Of a DNA stretch of 63,761 nt, positions 44,799 to 54,149 are shown one piece after another. The stretch comes from an uncultured Eubacteriales bacterium (GTDB lineage: Bacteria > Bacillota > Clostridia > Oscillospirales > CAG-382), in the NCBI GenBank assembly GCA_934446095.1, contig CAKSDR010000002.1:1-63761 (forward strand), written 5' to 3'. Position 1 is the stretch's first letter; the number at the start of each line of letters is the position of its first letter. A program made the translations under genes and the position numbers. The notes below the pieces were generated by a model. The model had not been told where the DNA came from, ran no database searches, and saw only the letters and a program-made list of their open reading frames with translations.

Positions 44799-45758
44799 AT
44801 GAATTATGAAAGTGAAATGTTTTTTAAAATATTGACCTGTTTCCCGGAGTCGTTTGTAAAGGCATATTCAGCGCTATACGGAGAATACAAAAAAGATGTA
44901 AACGAGATAAGATTGAGAAGCGGACTTCCGGCATCTTTAACGATGAGAGGGAAAAATATGTTTTTGTCGCACAGCGGGGAACTTATGTATGAAGCGTCGC
45001 CGTCGTGCATTGAAATAACGAAGGAGGAACTTGAAAAGACAGTATATAATCTATGTTCCGGTTCGCTTTATTCATACTCGGAAAGCATAAAGCAAGGATA
45101 TATAACAAGATACGGCTTCAGAATAGGAATATGCGGAGATGCAACTTATGAAAACGGAAGGCTTGCGGGGTTTTCGAATTTTTTCTCGATAAATGTGAGG
45201 ATTCCGTCGGTAAATGTATCATGTACCGAAAAAATATGCGAATATATAGGCAGCAGGGGATTTGAACATACGGGGGGAATACTTGCGGTATCTCCTCCCG
45301 GAATGGGAAAGACGACTTTTTTAAGAAGTCTTTGCATAAAACTTTCATCGGGCATTGTGATAAAGGGGCAAAGAAGAATTTTCAGGACATCGATTGTCGA
45401 TGAAAGAAATGAAATATATATACAGAGTGCCTTTAAAAATTGCCTTTGCGATGTTATAAGCGGCTGCTCCAAAGACGCGGGAATTGAAATATGCACAAGG
45501 AGTATGTCGCCGGAAGTTATAGTATGCGACGAAATAGGCAATGAACTTGAGGCGGAACTTGTCAGAAAAGCATGCACAAAAGGCATTGTCTTTATCGCAT
45601 CATGCCACGGAAAAAATTTTTCGGATGTTATAAAGAAAGATTATATGAGAGGCCTTTTTGAGTCGGGAGTATTCGGAACAGTGTGCGAACTTTTTATGCA
45701 TGGGACAAACTATGGAAGCAAAATAGTTTCGGGAGAAGAATTATGTTCAAGGTTATAG
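44799..45758 (+). CDS. spoIIIAA: Stage III sporulation protein AA (ATPase)
   Basis: EIRLR.G.P pattern. Walker A SPPGMGKTT. First gene of an 8-gene spoIIIA-type array. Confidence 0.9.
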   Translation: MNYESEMFFKILTCFPESFVKAYSALYGEYKKDVNEIRLRSGLPASLTMRGKNMFLSHSGELMYEASPSCIEITKEELEKTVYNLCSGSLYSYSESIKQGYITRYGFRIGICGDATYENGRLAGFSNFFSINVRIPSVNVSCTEKICEYIGSRGFEHTGGILAVSPPGMGKTTFLRSLCIKLSSGIVIKGQRRIFRTSIVDERNEIYIQSAFKNCLCDVISGCSKDAGIEICTRSMSPEVIVCDEIGNELEAELVRKACTKGIVFIASCHGKNFSDVIKKDYMRGLFESGVFGTVCELFMHGTNYGSKIVSGEELCSRL

Positions 45759-46237
45759 GAATAGTTGCAGTATCTTCCTGCATATGTATTATTGGATTTG
45801 TCTTTTCGGCAAGGGTAAAGGGCAGGCTGCTGCAGGAAGAAGCGTTTATTGATTTTATCTGCTTTTTAAGGCCGAATGTTGCCTCGGGAGTGCCGCTGCA
45901 CGATATATTTTGCTCATACTCGGCGCAGGCGCTCGAGAAAACGGGTTTTTTAACCGAACTTCGGAAAAACGAGGGTTCCGATAATTTTTATGAAACGTTT
46001 TTAAAATTTCGCGATAAATTCTTAATAACCGAGGCCGAAAAAGAATATCTTCTTGCATTTGCAAATTCTCTTGGCAAAAGCAGGTTTTCATATCAGGGCG
46101 CTGAACTTTGCAAAAGATATGAAGATATTTTAAGCCAGAGTTTTGAAAAATCAAAAAAGGAAAACGAAAATAAAATTGTGTTGTATAAAAAAATAGGGGT
46201 TATATGCGCTTTTGTCGCAGCGTCGCTTCTCATATAA
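45743..46237 (+). CDS. spoIIIAB: Stage III sporulation protein AB
   Basis: N-terminal TM helix (MFKVIGIVAVSS...). ~164 aa. Position in the operon. Start ATG 45743 with RBS GGGAGAAG, overlapping spoIIIAA by 16 nt. Confidence 0.82.
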   Translation: MFKVIGIVAVSSCICIIGFVFSARVKGRLLQEEAFIDFICFLRPNVASGVPLHDIFCSYSAQALEKTGFLTELRKNEGSDNFYETFLKFRDKFLITEAEKEYLLAFANSLGKSRFSYQGAELCKRYEDILSQSFEKSKKENENKIVLYKKIGVICAFVAASLLI

Positions 46238-46250
46238 GGAGGAATAAAAT

Positions 46251-46445
46251 TTGGATATCAGTATAGTGTTGAAAGTCGCGGGAGTAGGAGTGCTTGTAGC
46301 GGTTGCCTGCCAGATACTTTCGCGCGCGGGACGCGATGACCAGTCGGCGCTCGTAAGCCTTGCCGGCGTTATAATCGTGCTTCTCATGCTTGTGGACCAG
46401 ATAGGAAAACTGTTTTCTTCGGTAAGAAACATTTTCGGGTTTTAG
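46251..46445 (+). CDS. spoIIIAC: Stage III sporulation protein AC
   Basis: 64 aa with two TM helices. KVAGVGVLVAV..QIL.RAGRDDQ motif. TTG start after RBS AAGGAGG. Confidence 0.9.
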   Translation: MDISIVLKVAGVGVLVAVACQILSRAGRDDQSALVSLAGVIIVLLMLVDQIGKLFSSVRNIFGF

Positions 46446-46448
46446 GCT

Positions 46449-46832
46449 ATGAATTTTATAAATTTGCTTTCCTCAGCCGTTTTTTGCGCAATACTCTGCG
46501 TCTTTTTGAAAAGTTTCAGCGAACAGTATACGATGTTTGTTTCGTGTCTTGTGTGCATAGGTCTTTTGTCGGCCGTAATCGTAATGACACTGCCGCTTCT
46601 TGATTACATAAAAGAACTGACGGAAAAAACAGAATTTTACTCGTATTGTGAAATTATGATAAAGGCATGCGGCATCGGGCTTTTAACGAAGCTTGCCTGC
46701 GATCTTTGCCGTGACGCCGGAGAAAGTGCGATAGGAGCAAAAATCGAATTGCTCGGGAGGAGCGCCATTTTGCTGCTGTCTTTTCCCGTTATAAAAACAC
46801 TTGTCGGACAAGCGGAAGTTTTTTTGAAATAA
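46449..46832 (+). CDS. spoIIIAD: Stage III sporulation protein AD
   Basis: 127 aa with four TM helices. Position after spoIIIAC. C-terminal GES.IG.KIEL.G..AIL motif. Confidence 0.88.
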   Translation: MNFINLLSSAVFCAILCVFLKSFSEQYTMFVSCLVCIGLLSAVIVMTLPLLDYIKELTEKTEFYSYCEIMIKACGIGLLTKLACDLCRDAGESAIGAKIELLGRSAILLLSFPVIKTLVGQAEVFLK

Positions 46833-46848
46833 AAGGACGGAGTTTAAA

Positions 46849-47952
46849 ATGAAAAAGATATTATCGTTTCTGTGCGTTGCTTTTATGTTCAACATATTTG
46901 TCTGCGCCGAGAGCGCCGAAGAGGTTTTGTCGGTTGACATATATTCATTGTCGAATGAAATTTTGGATTCTTCGCCGATACAGTCCAAGGACCAGTCTAT
47001 TGAAGAAAAGGCAGACAGCGTATTTTCCTATTTTAATTTCGAAAATTTTGCAGAAAAAGCCGGTCAGGAATTAAAAAAACTGTATTTGCCGTCACTTGAA
47101 AAGTTTTTCGGACTCTTGACGCTTGTGCTTTTTTCCGCGGTAATGCAGAACGTAAAGATAAACTTTGCGTCATCCGGAACTATTACCGAGTATATCAGCA
47201 TTTTGTGCATATCGGGCTACACTTTTACGGTTATCAAAACGGTTTTTCAAAATATAGAAAATTTTCTGTCGGCTCTTAACAACACCATGCTTGCGATAAT
47301 GCCGTCAATGCTCACGGTATTTGCCGCAGAATCTGGAGGCACAAAGGCTGCCGTCGGATATAACGGACTTATAATATCGCTAAATGCCGTGAACGGAATC
47401 TCAAGTATGATTTTGTCGCCTGCGGCAAAGGTTGTATTTGCACTTGCCCTTGTAACCGCTGTGTCAGGCGACTACATAAATATGCAGGGCCTTGCGTCGA
47501 CGATAAAAAACGTATCAATAAAAATCTGTGTGTTTTGCATGTCCGCAATAGTTGCGGTCATGTACTTTCAGAATACTGTCGCGACGGCGGCGGACAGCCT
47601 TGCCTCAAGAACACTGCGCTTCGGCTGCGCAAGTTTTATTCCTGTTGTCGGCGGACTTGTAAGCGAAAGCGTAAAAACTTTGTCGGAAAGCGTTTCTCTT
47701 ATAAACACAATAACCGGAGTTATAGGCATAAGTGCGCTTATTTCTATACTTCTTCCGCCTTTTATTGCAATTATACTCTGCAAAATTTCGATAAATCTTG
47801 CGGCGGCATTTTCAAATATGCTGGGCTGCCGCAAGGAATCGGGATTTTTAAACGATACGGTTTTTGTTCTCGATATATTGAACTGCACCGTAATTATTCC
47901 GTCTATAACCTTTATAATTATAATTGCGATTTTTATAAGTTCCGCTGCGTGA
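46849..47952 (+). CDS. spoIIIAE: Stage III sporulation protein AE
   Basis: Signal peptide plus a polytopic membrane protein of 367 aa. Position in the operon. Confidence 0.88.
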   Translation: MKKILSFLCVAFMFNIFVCAESAEEVLSVDIYSLSNEILDSSPIQSKDQSIEEKADSVFSYFNFENFAEKAGQELKKLYLPSLEKFFGLLTLVLFSAVMQNVKINFASSGTITEYISILCISGYTFTVIKTVFQNIENFLSALNNTMLAIMPSMLTVFAAESGGTKAAVGYNGLIISLNAVNGISSMILSPAAKVVFALALVTAVSGDYINMQGLASTIKNVSIKICVFCMSAIVAVMYFQNTVATAADSLASRTLRFGCASFIPVVGGLVSESVKTLSESVSLINTITGVIGISALISILLPPFIAIILCKISINLAAAFSNMLGCRKESGFLNDTVFVLDILNCTVIIPSITFIIIIAIFISSAA

Positions 47953-47974
47953 AACAAAAAAGGAAGGACAAAAA

Positions 47975-48472
47975 ATGACAGGTATACATCGCTGGATAAT
48001 GCAGGTGCTTGTTGCAAGCGTGTGCGCGGGCGTGTGCTCGATGTTTTTTTCAAAAGACGACAAGGTTTATAATTACGTGAGGCTTGTGAGTTCCCTGTGC
48101 GTTCTTTGCGCAGTTATGCTGCCCCTGCTTAATTTTTTCAAGAAACTTCCCGAAACCGAGATGTTTTTTGATTATAAATCCGATTTTTCATATTCGGACA
48201 ATACGGATATGTTAGACGCCTATATAATAGAAAACTCAAGAAAAAATCTTGAAATACAACTTAAAAGCAAGATTCTTTCCGAATTAGGAATAAATGCGGA
48301 CGGGGTGAACATACAATTTGATGTAAGCGAAAATAAAGATAACATTGAGGTGATTGTAAGTTCTGTTAAGATATATATTAAAAGGGCCGACAAGGAAAAA
48401 GCAAAATATGTGAAAAAATATGTCGATTCGGTTTTGTATACTGACTGTGAAATCGAACTTTCGGAGGAATAA
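47975..48472 (+). CDS. spoIIIAF: Stage III sporulation protein AF
   Basis: Two N-terminal TM helices. 165 aa. Position in the operon. Confidence 0.8.
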   Translation: MTGIHRWIMQVLVASVCAGVCSMFFSKDDKVYNYVRLVSSLCVLCAVMLPLLNFFKKLPETEMFFDYKSDFSYSDNTDMLDAYIIENSRKNLEIQLKSKILSELGINADGVNIQFDVSENKDNIEVIVSSVKIYIKRADKEKAKYVKKYVDSVLYTDCEIELSEE

Positions 48473-49029
48473 TGAAAGAAAAACTAAACTCGTTTGCAGA
48501 GAAAATCAAGGGTAAAAGCACGGTACTCCTTTTGATACCGGTTATAATAGCAGGCGTTCTTTTGGTGTATTTTCCCGGAAAAGATTCGGAAAATATAAGC
48601 GACAAAAGCGCAGATATTCCTGATGACAGCATTATACTTTCAGACTACAGAAAAGAACTTGAGGCAGAATTCAAAAGGCTTGTCGAAAAAATCTGCGGCA
48701 GTGGCAACGCTGAGGTTTTTTTAACGATTGAAAGCACGTGCGAAAACGTGTATGCAAGCGACGCAAGTTACGACAATACGGAAAATCAAACCCAGAAGGG
48801 CGCAAGAGGCGAAAATAAAACAGTGCTTACAAATACAAAACAAAACGGCGAGCAGCCGCTTTTAATAAAAAAAATGCTGCCGAAAGTAAACGGAGTTGCC
48901 GTGGTTTGCGAAGGCGGTGACAAATCTGAAATAAAAAAACAGATTATTTCTCTTGCCGAAAGCGTTTTCGGAATAAACACAAACAGAATTTATGTAACGG
49001 GAGGTACGGGATTTGAAAAGTACAATTAA
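48472..49029 (+). CDS. spoIIIAG: Stage III sporulation protein AG
   Basis: N-terminal TM helix. C-terminal P.V.GVAVVCEGG......I......FGI...RI.V ring-building motif. Confidence 0.85.
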   Translation: MKEKLNSFAEKIKGKSTVLLLIPVIIAGVLLVYFPGKDSENISDKSADIPDDSIILSDYRKELEAEFKRLVEKICGSGNAEVFLTIESTCENVYASDASYDNTENQTQKGARGENKTVLTNTKQNGEQPLLIKKMLPKVNGVAVVCEGGDKSEIKKQIISLAESVFGINTNRIYVTGGTGFEKYN

Positions 49030-49594
49030 AAGCATCAGCAAATACAAAAAGCCCATAATAGTTATCGCATGTGCGGCAATCGTCGGCGCGAGCATTTACG
49101 CAGACTGGCTCTACAACGGAAAAAACGGCCTTGAAACCGGCTATATTTATAATTCCTCCGTTTCCGGCGACAAGGCAAAGATTTTGGGTCAGGCTACATA
49201 TGTCGGAAGTTACAGCGACGAAGAAAACAGTTCCGGACAGGATACGGAAAATTATTTTTCAGCGGCTGCAATCGACAGGCAGAGAACAAGGGATGAAGCA
49301 CTTGAAACTTTGCAATCTGTGGTTGACAGCGCAGAAAGTATGCCCGAGCAAAAAGAAAGCGCGGTTGCAAGCATGGTTAATATTGCAAACGAAATGGACG
49401 CGGAATCAAATGTCGAAACTCTTGTTAAGGCAAAGGGCTTTGAAGACTGCATTGCCGTTATAAGCGGAGATAATATAAATGTAATCGTAAAGTCTGCAGG
49501 GCTTTTGTCATATGAAGTCGCGCAGATAAAAGATATTGTAATTACAGAAACGGGATTTTCTCCGGAAAATATAAAAATAATAGAGAAAAACTGA
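49013..49594 (+). CDS. spoIIIAH: Stage III sporulation protein AH
   Basis: N-terminal TM helix. FF...R..R...R pattern (YFSAAAIDRQRTRDEALE). C-terminal region like YscJ/FliF. TTG start with RBS GGGAGG. Confidence 0.8.
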   Translation: MKSTIKSISKYKKPIIVIACAAIVGASIYADWLYNGKNGLETGYIYNSSVSGDKAKILGQATYVGSYSDEENSSGQDTENYFSAAAIDRQRTRDEALETLQSVVDSAESMPEQKESAVASMVNIANEMDAESNVETLVKAKGFEDCIAVISGDNINVIVKSAGLLSYEVAQIKDIVITETGFSPENIKIIEKN

Positions 49595-49630
49595 AAAAAG
49601 CCGTAAGAATTTATTTCTTACGGCTTTTTA
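49595..49630. terminator. Bidirectional intrinsic terminator (spoIIIAH / acyltransferase, convergent)
   Basis: 11-bp stem AGCCGTAAGAA / TTCTTACGGCT flanked by AAAAA and TTTTT. The stop codon of the minus-strand gene lies inside the hairpin. Confidence 0.8.
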
Positions 49631-50657
49631 TAAATTTTATTACCCTGTTGTACAAGACCGAAAAAAGTATGCTTGAAATAATAACTGCGAAAGACAAAAG
49701 CGCAAAACCTAGCATTCCTTTCCGGAAAATATCATATTTTATAAAAAAGTTCAAAAACAATATGTGGCAGAGATATATCGTATATGAAAGTTCGGAAATC
49801 CCTGAAGATATATATTTTACAATTTTTATTTTATGTAACACGCTGCCTGCCGCAAGGAGAAAAATTGCGGCAAGAACCGTATATGGCAACAGCAGAGGTT
49901 TTATTGAAAGCGAATATGTAGAGGTGCGGACGCTTTCATAGGTTATTAAAATGCCGAGCAAAAGCGAAACCGAAGCAAAAACAAACAAATATTTTTTGCC
50001 AAAATCTATTATTTTTAAAAGGTAATCTTTTGTAATGCACAATCCGAGCGTGAAATAAAAAATCCAGCACGGAAACAGAATCCACATATACGCTCTTAAA
50101 AATTCCGGCAGTATATTTATTCCGAAGACCGAAAGAAAAACTCCCGTCTGACAGTAAAGCGACATTGCAAATGTGACGATGAGAAGCGCGGTTTTGTTTT
50201 TTCGGGTAAAAAATTTCAAAATAAAATACAAAAGATACAGTTGTGAAATTACCGGTACAAACCATAAATGGGCAGCCGACGAACCGAGCAGAAAAATATT
50301 TGCGGCACTCCGGAGGTTTGAAAGCATTTTCAAGGAACCCTCCGACGCAAGATATACAAAACTCCAAAGAATATACGGCAGTATAATTTTTGTAAAGCGG
50401 CTTTTGAAAAAAGAAAGCGGCTTTACATTTTTTTCGGACAGCGAAATCCCCGACAGCAGGATAAACAGGGGAACTGCAAAGCGTGAAATTTGATTTATAA
50501 AAAACGCGGCGTTTACTCCCGACAGCGAAAGGGAACTTTTTGCAAATATAAATGTGCTTGAAGTATGTATAAGTATTACGCAGAGCGTACATACGCATCT
50601 TATAAAATCGAGTTCGAAAATACGGCTTGCTTTTTTTGTATTCGTGTTCATTTTCAC
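49611..50657 (-). CDS. Acyltransferase family 3 integral membrane protein
   Basis: FELDFIRCVCTLCVILIHT N-terminal motif. About 10 TM helices. 348 aa. Confidence 0.78.
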   Translation of the reverse strand: MKMNTNTKKASRIFELDFIRCVCTLCVILIHTSSTFIFAKSSLSLSGVNAAFFINQISRFAVPLFILLSGISLSEKNVKPLSFFKSRFTKIILPYILWSFVYLASEGSLKMLSNLRSAANIFLLGSSAAHLWFVPVISQLYLLYFILKFFTRKNKTALLIVTFAMSLYCQTGVFLSVFGINILPEFLRAYMWILFPCWIFYFTLGLCITKDYLLKIIDFGKKYLFVFASVSLLLGILITYESVRTSTYSLSIKPLLLPYTVLAAIFLLAAGSVLHKIKIVKYISSGISELSYTIYLCHILFLNFFIKYDIFRKGMLGFALLSFAVIISSILFSVLYNRVIKFIKSRKK

Positions 50658-50671
50658 CTCAGAAATTCAAA

Positions 50672-51262
50672 TTATATTTTTAATATTTTTTGCGCGGATT
50701 CAAAAATTTTTTTGTATTTTTTGCATTTTATTTCCGAAATCGGCACAAGTTCCGGAGGCGCTGAAAAATTCTCGGTCAGATGCTTTTCATATATTGCAAG
50801 GTCAATCCATGTTCCGAGTTTATAGCCGGTATTTGAAAGTTTGCCGGCAAGCGAAAAACCGAAAGCCTTGTGAAACCCTTCGGACCCTTCGTTTGGAACG
50901 GCGATTTTTGCGTACACATTCCTGTAATTCTGCAATTTTAAAAGTTCAATTACGGCGTAGTAAAGGGCTGACGCTACGTTATGCCTGAAATAGTCTTTAT
51001 TTATATATACCGAGAGTTCCGCATCCCATGAGAACGCCTGCCTTTTAAAAAATTCGCTTGCATATGCGTATCCGGCAATCACACCGTCTGTTTCACAGAC
51101 AAGATAAGGATATTTCTGGCTTATTGTATTTATTCTTCTTTGCATTTCAAATATTGTAGGGACGGAACATTCAAAGGTTACTGTCGTAAATGTTATGTAC
51201 GGAGCATAGATGTCAAGTATTTTTCCGGCGTCGGTGTCTTTTGCAAATCGTATTTCTACCAT
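50672..51262 (-). CDS. GNAT N-acetyltransferase, phosphinothricin/L-amino-acid acetyltransferase-like
   Basis: IR.A...D...I..IY.PYI...T.TFE...P motif. G.AGYAYAS.F..R.AF.W..E.SVYI pattern of the PAT/YncA subgroup. Confidence 0.75.
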   Translation of the reverse strand: MVEIRFAKDTDAGKILDIYAPYITFTTVTFECSVPTIFEMQRRINTISQKYPYLVCETDGVIAGYAYASEFFKRQAFSWDAELSVYINKDYFRHNVASALYYAVIELLKLQNYRNVYAKIAVPNEGSEGFHKAFGFSLAGKLSNTGYKLGTWIDLAIYEKHLTENFSAPPELVPISEIKCKKYKKIFESAQKILKI

Positions 51263-51355
51263 TAGTATTACCCCATATAAAAGTTTATTTTCTTAACCGA
51301 ATATATTATAACATATAAAAAACGAGAATGAAAGGGGAAAAAATCATAAAACCTA

Positions 51356-51384
51356 TTGACAAACATATATTTATGTGTTATTAT
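51356..51384 (+). promoter_or_regulatory. Consensus sigma-A promoter of tRNA-Gln
   Basis: TTGACA, 17 nt, TATTAT, with extended -10 TG. Ends 13 nt before the mature tRNA 5' end. Confidence 0.6.
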
Positions 51385-51397
51385 ACCTATTGTTGAT

Positions 51398-51471
51398 TGC
51401 CGAATTGTGTAAAGGTAGCACGACAGACTCTGACTCTGTTTGTCTGGGTTCGAATCCTAGTTCGGCAGCCA
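51398..51471 (+). tRNA. tRNA-Gln (anticodon CUG), CCA encoded
   Basis: Hand-folded cloverleaf. Acceptor TGCCGAA/TTCGGCA (U1-A72, typical of bacterial tRNA-Gln). D stem GTGT/GCAC. Anticodon stem ACAGA/TCTGT with loop CTCTGAC. T arm CTGGG-TTCGAAT-CCTAG. Discriminator G, then CCA. Confidence 0.9.
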
Positions 51472-51475
51472 TATA

Positions 51476-51505
51476 AAAGCAAAGGATTTTCCTTTGCTTT
51501 TTTTA
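51476..51505 (+). terminator. Intrinsic terminator after tRNA-Gln
   Basis: Stem AAAGCAAAGG / CCTTTGCTTT, loop ATTTT, then a T-run. Confidence 0.8.
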
Positions 51506-51603
51506 TTTTGCATATAAAACATACAGTTTTCACATTGCCGACATTTTTATATCACAAAGAAGTGGGACAATAAATTGTAAATAATTGCTTTGGAGGAACG
51601 ATA

Positions 51604-53376
51604 ATGAAAAAAACACAAGAAAACATTTCCGACAATGAAAATTTAAATGGAAATGCTGACGGAAAAAACAAGACCGTAAAGCGTTTTTTTAAAAAGGCGA
51701 AAAACAAAAAAACAATAATTATAGCGCTTGCGGCAGTGGTTGTTGTTTTTATTGCGGCAAAAATATTTTTTCCGAATAACAAGGCAGACCTAAATGCGGT
51801 TACATACACTGATTACACCGTTGAAAAAAGAGATATTGAAGTAACCCTTACCGGAACCGGAACACTTCAGCCAATAGACTCGTACACAGTCACGGCGAAC
51901 GTGTCGGGCGATATTATTTCCGCCGATTTTGAGGAAATGGATAAAGTTGAAAAAGATCAGGTGCTATATGTCATTGATTCTGACGACGCCGAAAAGAAAG
52001 TGTCGGAACAGGAAAAAACAGTTTCTGACGCGCGCGAAGACTACAATGAAATCCTTTCCGACTACAAGGATTTGTATATATACTCGGAATATGAAGGAAC
52101 TGTTGAAAAATTATATGTTGAAGAAGGCGACACGGTCCAGAACGGGCAAAATATCGCAAGTATCGTTGACAACGGTACAATGCTTCTTGAAATTCCGTTT
52201 TTCACGTCTGACGCAGATCATATATCGTCAGGCGACACGGCTTACATAACTTTCAGTTTTACTCCCGAAACGATAAGCGGTACCGTAAAGGAAGTTTCGT
52301 ATCTTGAAACCGTAAATTCCAAAAACTCAAAGGTCCGCAATGTTACGATCGCAATTAGGAACCCGGGCGGAATATCGAACGGAACGAAAGCATACGCAAA
52401 AATCGGAAATTATGCATGTTCAGACGAGGGAACATTCAAAAATAACGTTGAAAAAAACATTACCGCGAAAACCGGCGGGAAAATAAAAACTCTTTATGTA
52501 AAGGAAGGAAGCACAGTAGGCAAGGGCACGCTGCTTGCATATATCGACAGTGAAAATCTTGACAAGCAGAAAAAAAGCCTTCTTCGTTCTCTTGAAAATG
52601 CGCAGGACAATCTCGAAACATTGATTGATAAAAAAGATGACTATACGATAAAGGCGCCCATTTCGGGAACCGTTGTTTCAAAGAACTATAAGGCGCTTGA
52701 TACCATAGGCCAGAGTTCGCTTGCTTCTACCACAGATCTCGCAGTTATTTATGACATGTCAAGTCTTACTTTTGATTTGAATATAGATGAATTGGACCTT
52801 TATAAGATTGAAATAGGTCAGGAAGTTATTGTAACTTCGGATTCCATTGAAAATACCGAGTTTTCTGGATATATTACAAAGAAAAGTATTATAGGAAATT
52901 CTTCAAACGGAACAACAACATACCCTGTGACGGTGCAGATAGATGATATCGGCGAACTTTTGCCCGGAATGAATGTGGACGCAAAAATTATGATAAAGCA
53001 GGTAAAAGATGTTCTGGCAGTTCCTGTGGGCGCTGTTGCGAGAGGCAATACCGTGGAAGTTAAGAAAAGTTCATACAGCGGTTCTCTTGACGATGCTGTT
53101 GAAAACGATGAAAATTCCGAATACGCATCTATCGAGGTAGGTCTTGGAGAAAGCGATGACGATTATGTTGAGATAACCTATGGTTTATCGGAGGGCGACG
53201 TTGTAAGAGTTGCAAAAACTCAGGTTTCGGCAGCCTCATTTGACTTCGGAATGGCAATGGGCGGCGACAATTACAGTGACAATTCGGCTCCCGGCGGCGG
53301 TCCGGACGGAGGAGGCCCCGGCGGCATGGGAGGCTCCGGCGGAACTCCGGGCGGTAATTCCGGCGGAATGAGATGA
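51604..53376 (+). CDS. Membrane-fusion (periplasmic adaptor, HlyD/MacA-type) protein, internally duplicated, with a Gly-rich C-terminal tail
   Basis: N-terminal TM anchor. Two consecutive lipoyl-hairpin-lipoyl-barrel units (aa ~95-268 and ~286-463). Tail is GGGPDGGGPGGMGGSGGTPGGNSGG. RBS GGAGG. Confidence 0.82.
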   Translation: MKKTQENISDNENLNGNADGKNKTVKRFFKKAKNKKTIIIALAAVVVVFIAAKIFFPNNKADLNAVTYTDYTVEKRDIEVTLTGTGTLQPIDSYTVTANVSGDIISADFEEMDKVEKDQVLYVIDSDDAEKKVSEQEKTVSDAREDYNEILSDYKDLYIYSEYEGTVEKLYVEEGDTVQNGQNIASIVDNGTMLLEIPFFTSDADHISSGDTAYITFSFTPETISGTVKEVSYLETVNSKNSKVRNVTIAIRNPGGISNGTKAYAKIGNYACSDEGTFKNNVEKNITAKTGGKIKTLYVKEGSTVGKGTLLAYIDSENLDKQKKSLLRSLENAQDNLETLIDKKDDYTIKAPISGTVVSKNYKALDTIGQSSLASTTDLAVIYDMSSLTFDLNIDELDLYKIEIGQEVIVTSDSIENTEFSGYITKKSIIGNSSNGTTTYPVTVQIDDIGELLPGMNVDAKIMIKQVKDVLAVPVGAVARGNTVEVKKSSYSGSLDDAVENDENSEYASIEVGLGESDDDYVEITYGLSEGDVVRVAKTQVSAASFDFGMAMGGDNYSDNSAPGGGPDGGGPGGMGGSGGTPGGNSGGMR

Positions 53377-53387
53377 GGTGCCTTTAA

Positions 53388-54149
53388 ATGGGGGAACTTA
53401 TAAAATTTGAACATATTTCAAAAATATATCCGATGGGCAGCACTGTTGTGAAGGCTGCCGATGACATTTCTTTTGTAATAAAAAAAGGAGAATTTGCTGC
53501 AATCGTAGGACAGTCGGGTTCAGGAAAATCCACATGCATGAATATAATAGGCTGCCTTGACGTCCAGACAAGCGGAAAGTATTATCTTGACGGAGTTGAC
53601 GTTGCAACGCTTAATGAAAACGAACTTGCGAAGATAAGAAACAAGATGCTGGGATTTATTTTTCAGCAGTATAATCTTATTGCGAAACTTACGGTTCTTG
53701 AAAATGTAGAATTACCTCTTTTGTATGCGGGAGTTCCAAAAAATGAACGCCGCGAGGCGGCAATAAAGGCGCTTTCAAAGGTAGGTCTTTCGGATAAAGT
53801 GAAAAATTACCCGTCGCAACTTTCCGGAGGCCAGCAGCAAAGGGTATCTATTGCAAGGGCGCTTTCCGGAAATCCGTCTGTGATACTTGCCGATGAACCA
53901 ACAGGTGCGCTTGACTCAAGAACCGGAAGAGAAGTTATCGATTTTTTGAAAAAACTTCATGCCGACGGAAACACGATAATTCTTATAACGCACGACAATT
54001 CCATAGCGCTTCAGGCGGAAAGAATCATAAGGCTGCAGGACGGGAAAATAGTATATGACGGCGACGCGTCATCTCCGCTTGCGGTAGTAAACCCCGACAT
54101 GTCGTATGAAGAGCAAACTGAAACCGGAGGTGCTGAAAATTGGGAATAA
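53388..54149 (+). CDS. MacB/LolD-type ABC ATP-binding protein
   Basis: Walker A GQSGSGKST. Q-loop FIFQQYNL. Signature LSGGQQQRVSIARAL. Walker B ILADEPTGALD. Confidence 0.9.
   Translation: MGELIKFEHISKIYPMGSTVVKAADDISFVIKKGEFAAIVGQSGSGKSTCMNIIGCLDVQTSGKYYLDGVDVATLNENELAKIRNKMLGFIFQQYNLIAKLTVLENVELPLLYAGVPKNERREAAIKALSKVGLSDKVKNYPSQLSGGQQQRVSIARALSGNPSVILADEPTGALDSRTGREVIDFLKKLHADGNTIILITHDNSIALQAERIIRLQDGKIVYDGDASSPLAVVNPDMSYEEQTETGGAENWE

Noticed and set aside
47948-47956. parS half-sites. CGTGAAACA lies here, GTTTCACATG at 59941-59950, and TGTTTCAC at about 3258-3265.
   Set aside because: Each matches only one half of the 16-bp palindrome TGTTNCACGTGAAACA, and the other halves are unrelated. 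A computational scan with mismatches is still needed.
51398-51505. Lone tRNA-Gln as a possible integration hotspot or island boundary.
   Set aside because: There is no integrase, no duplicated tRNA 3' segment nearby, and the flanking genes are ordinary. The tRNA has its own consensus promoter and terminator.
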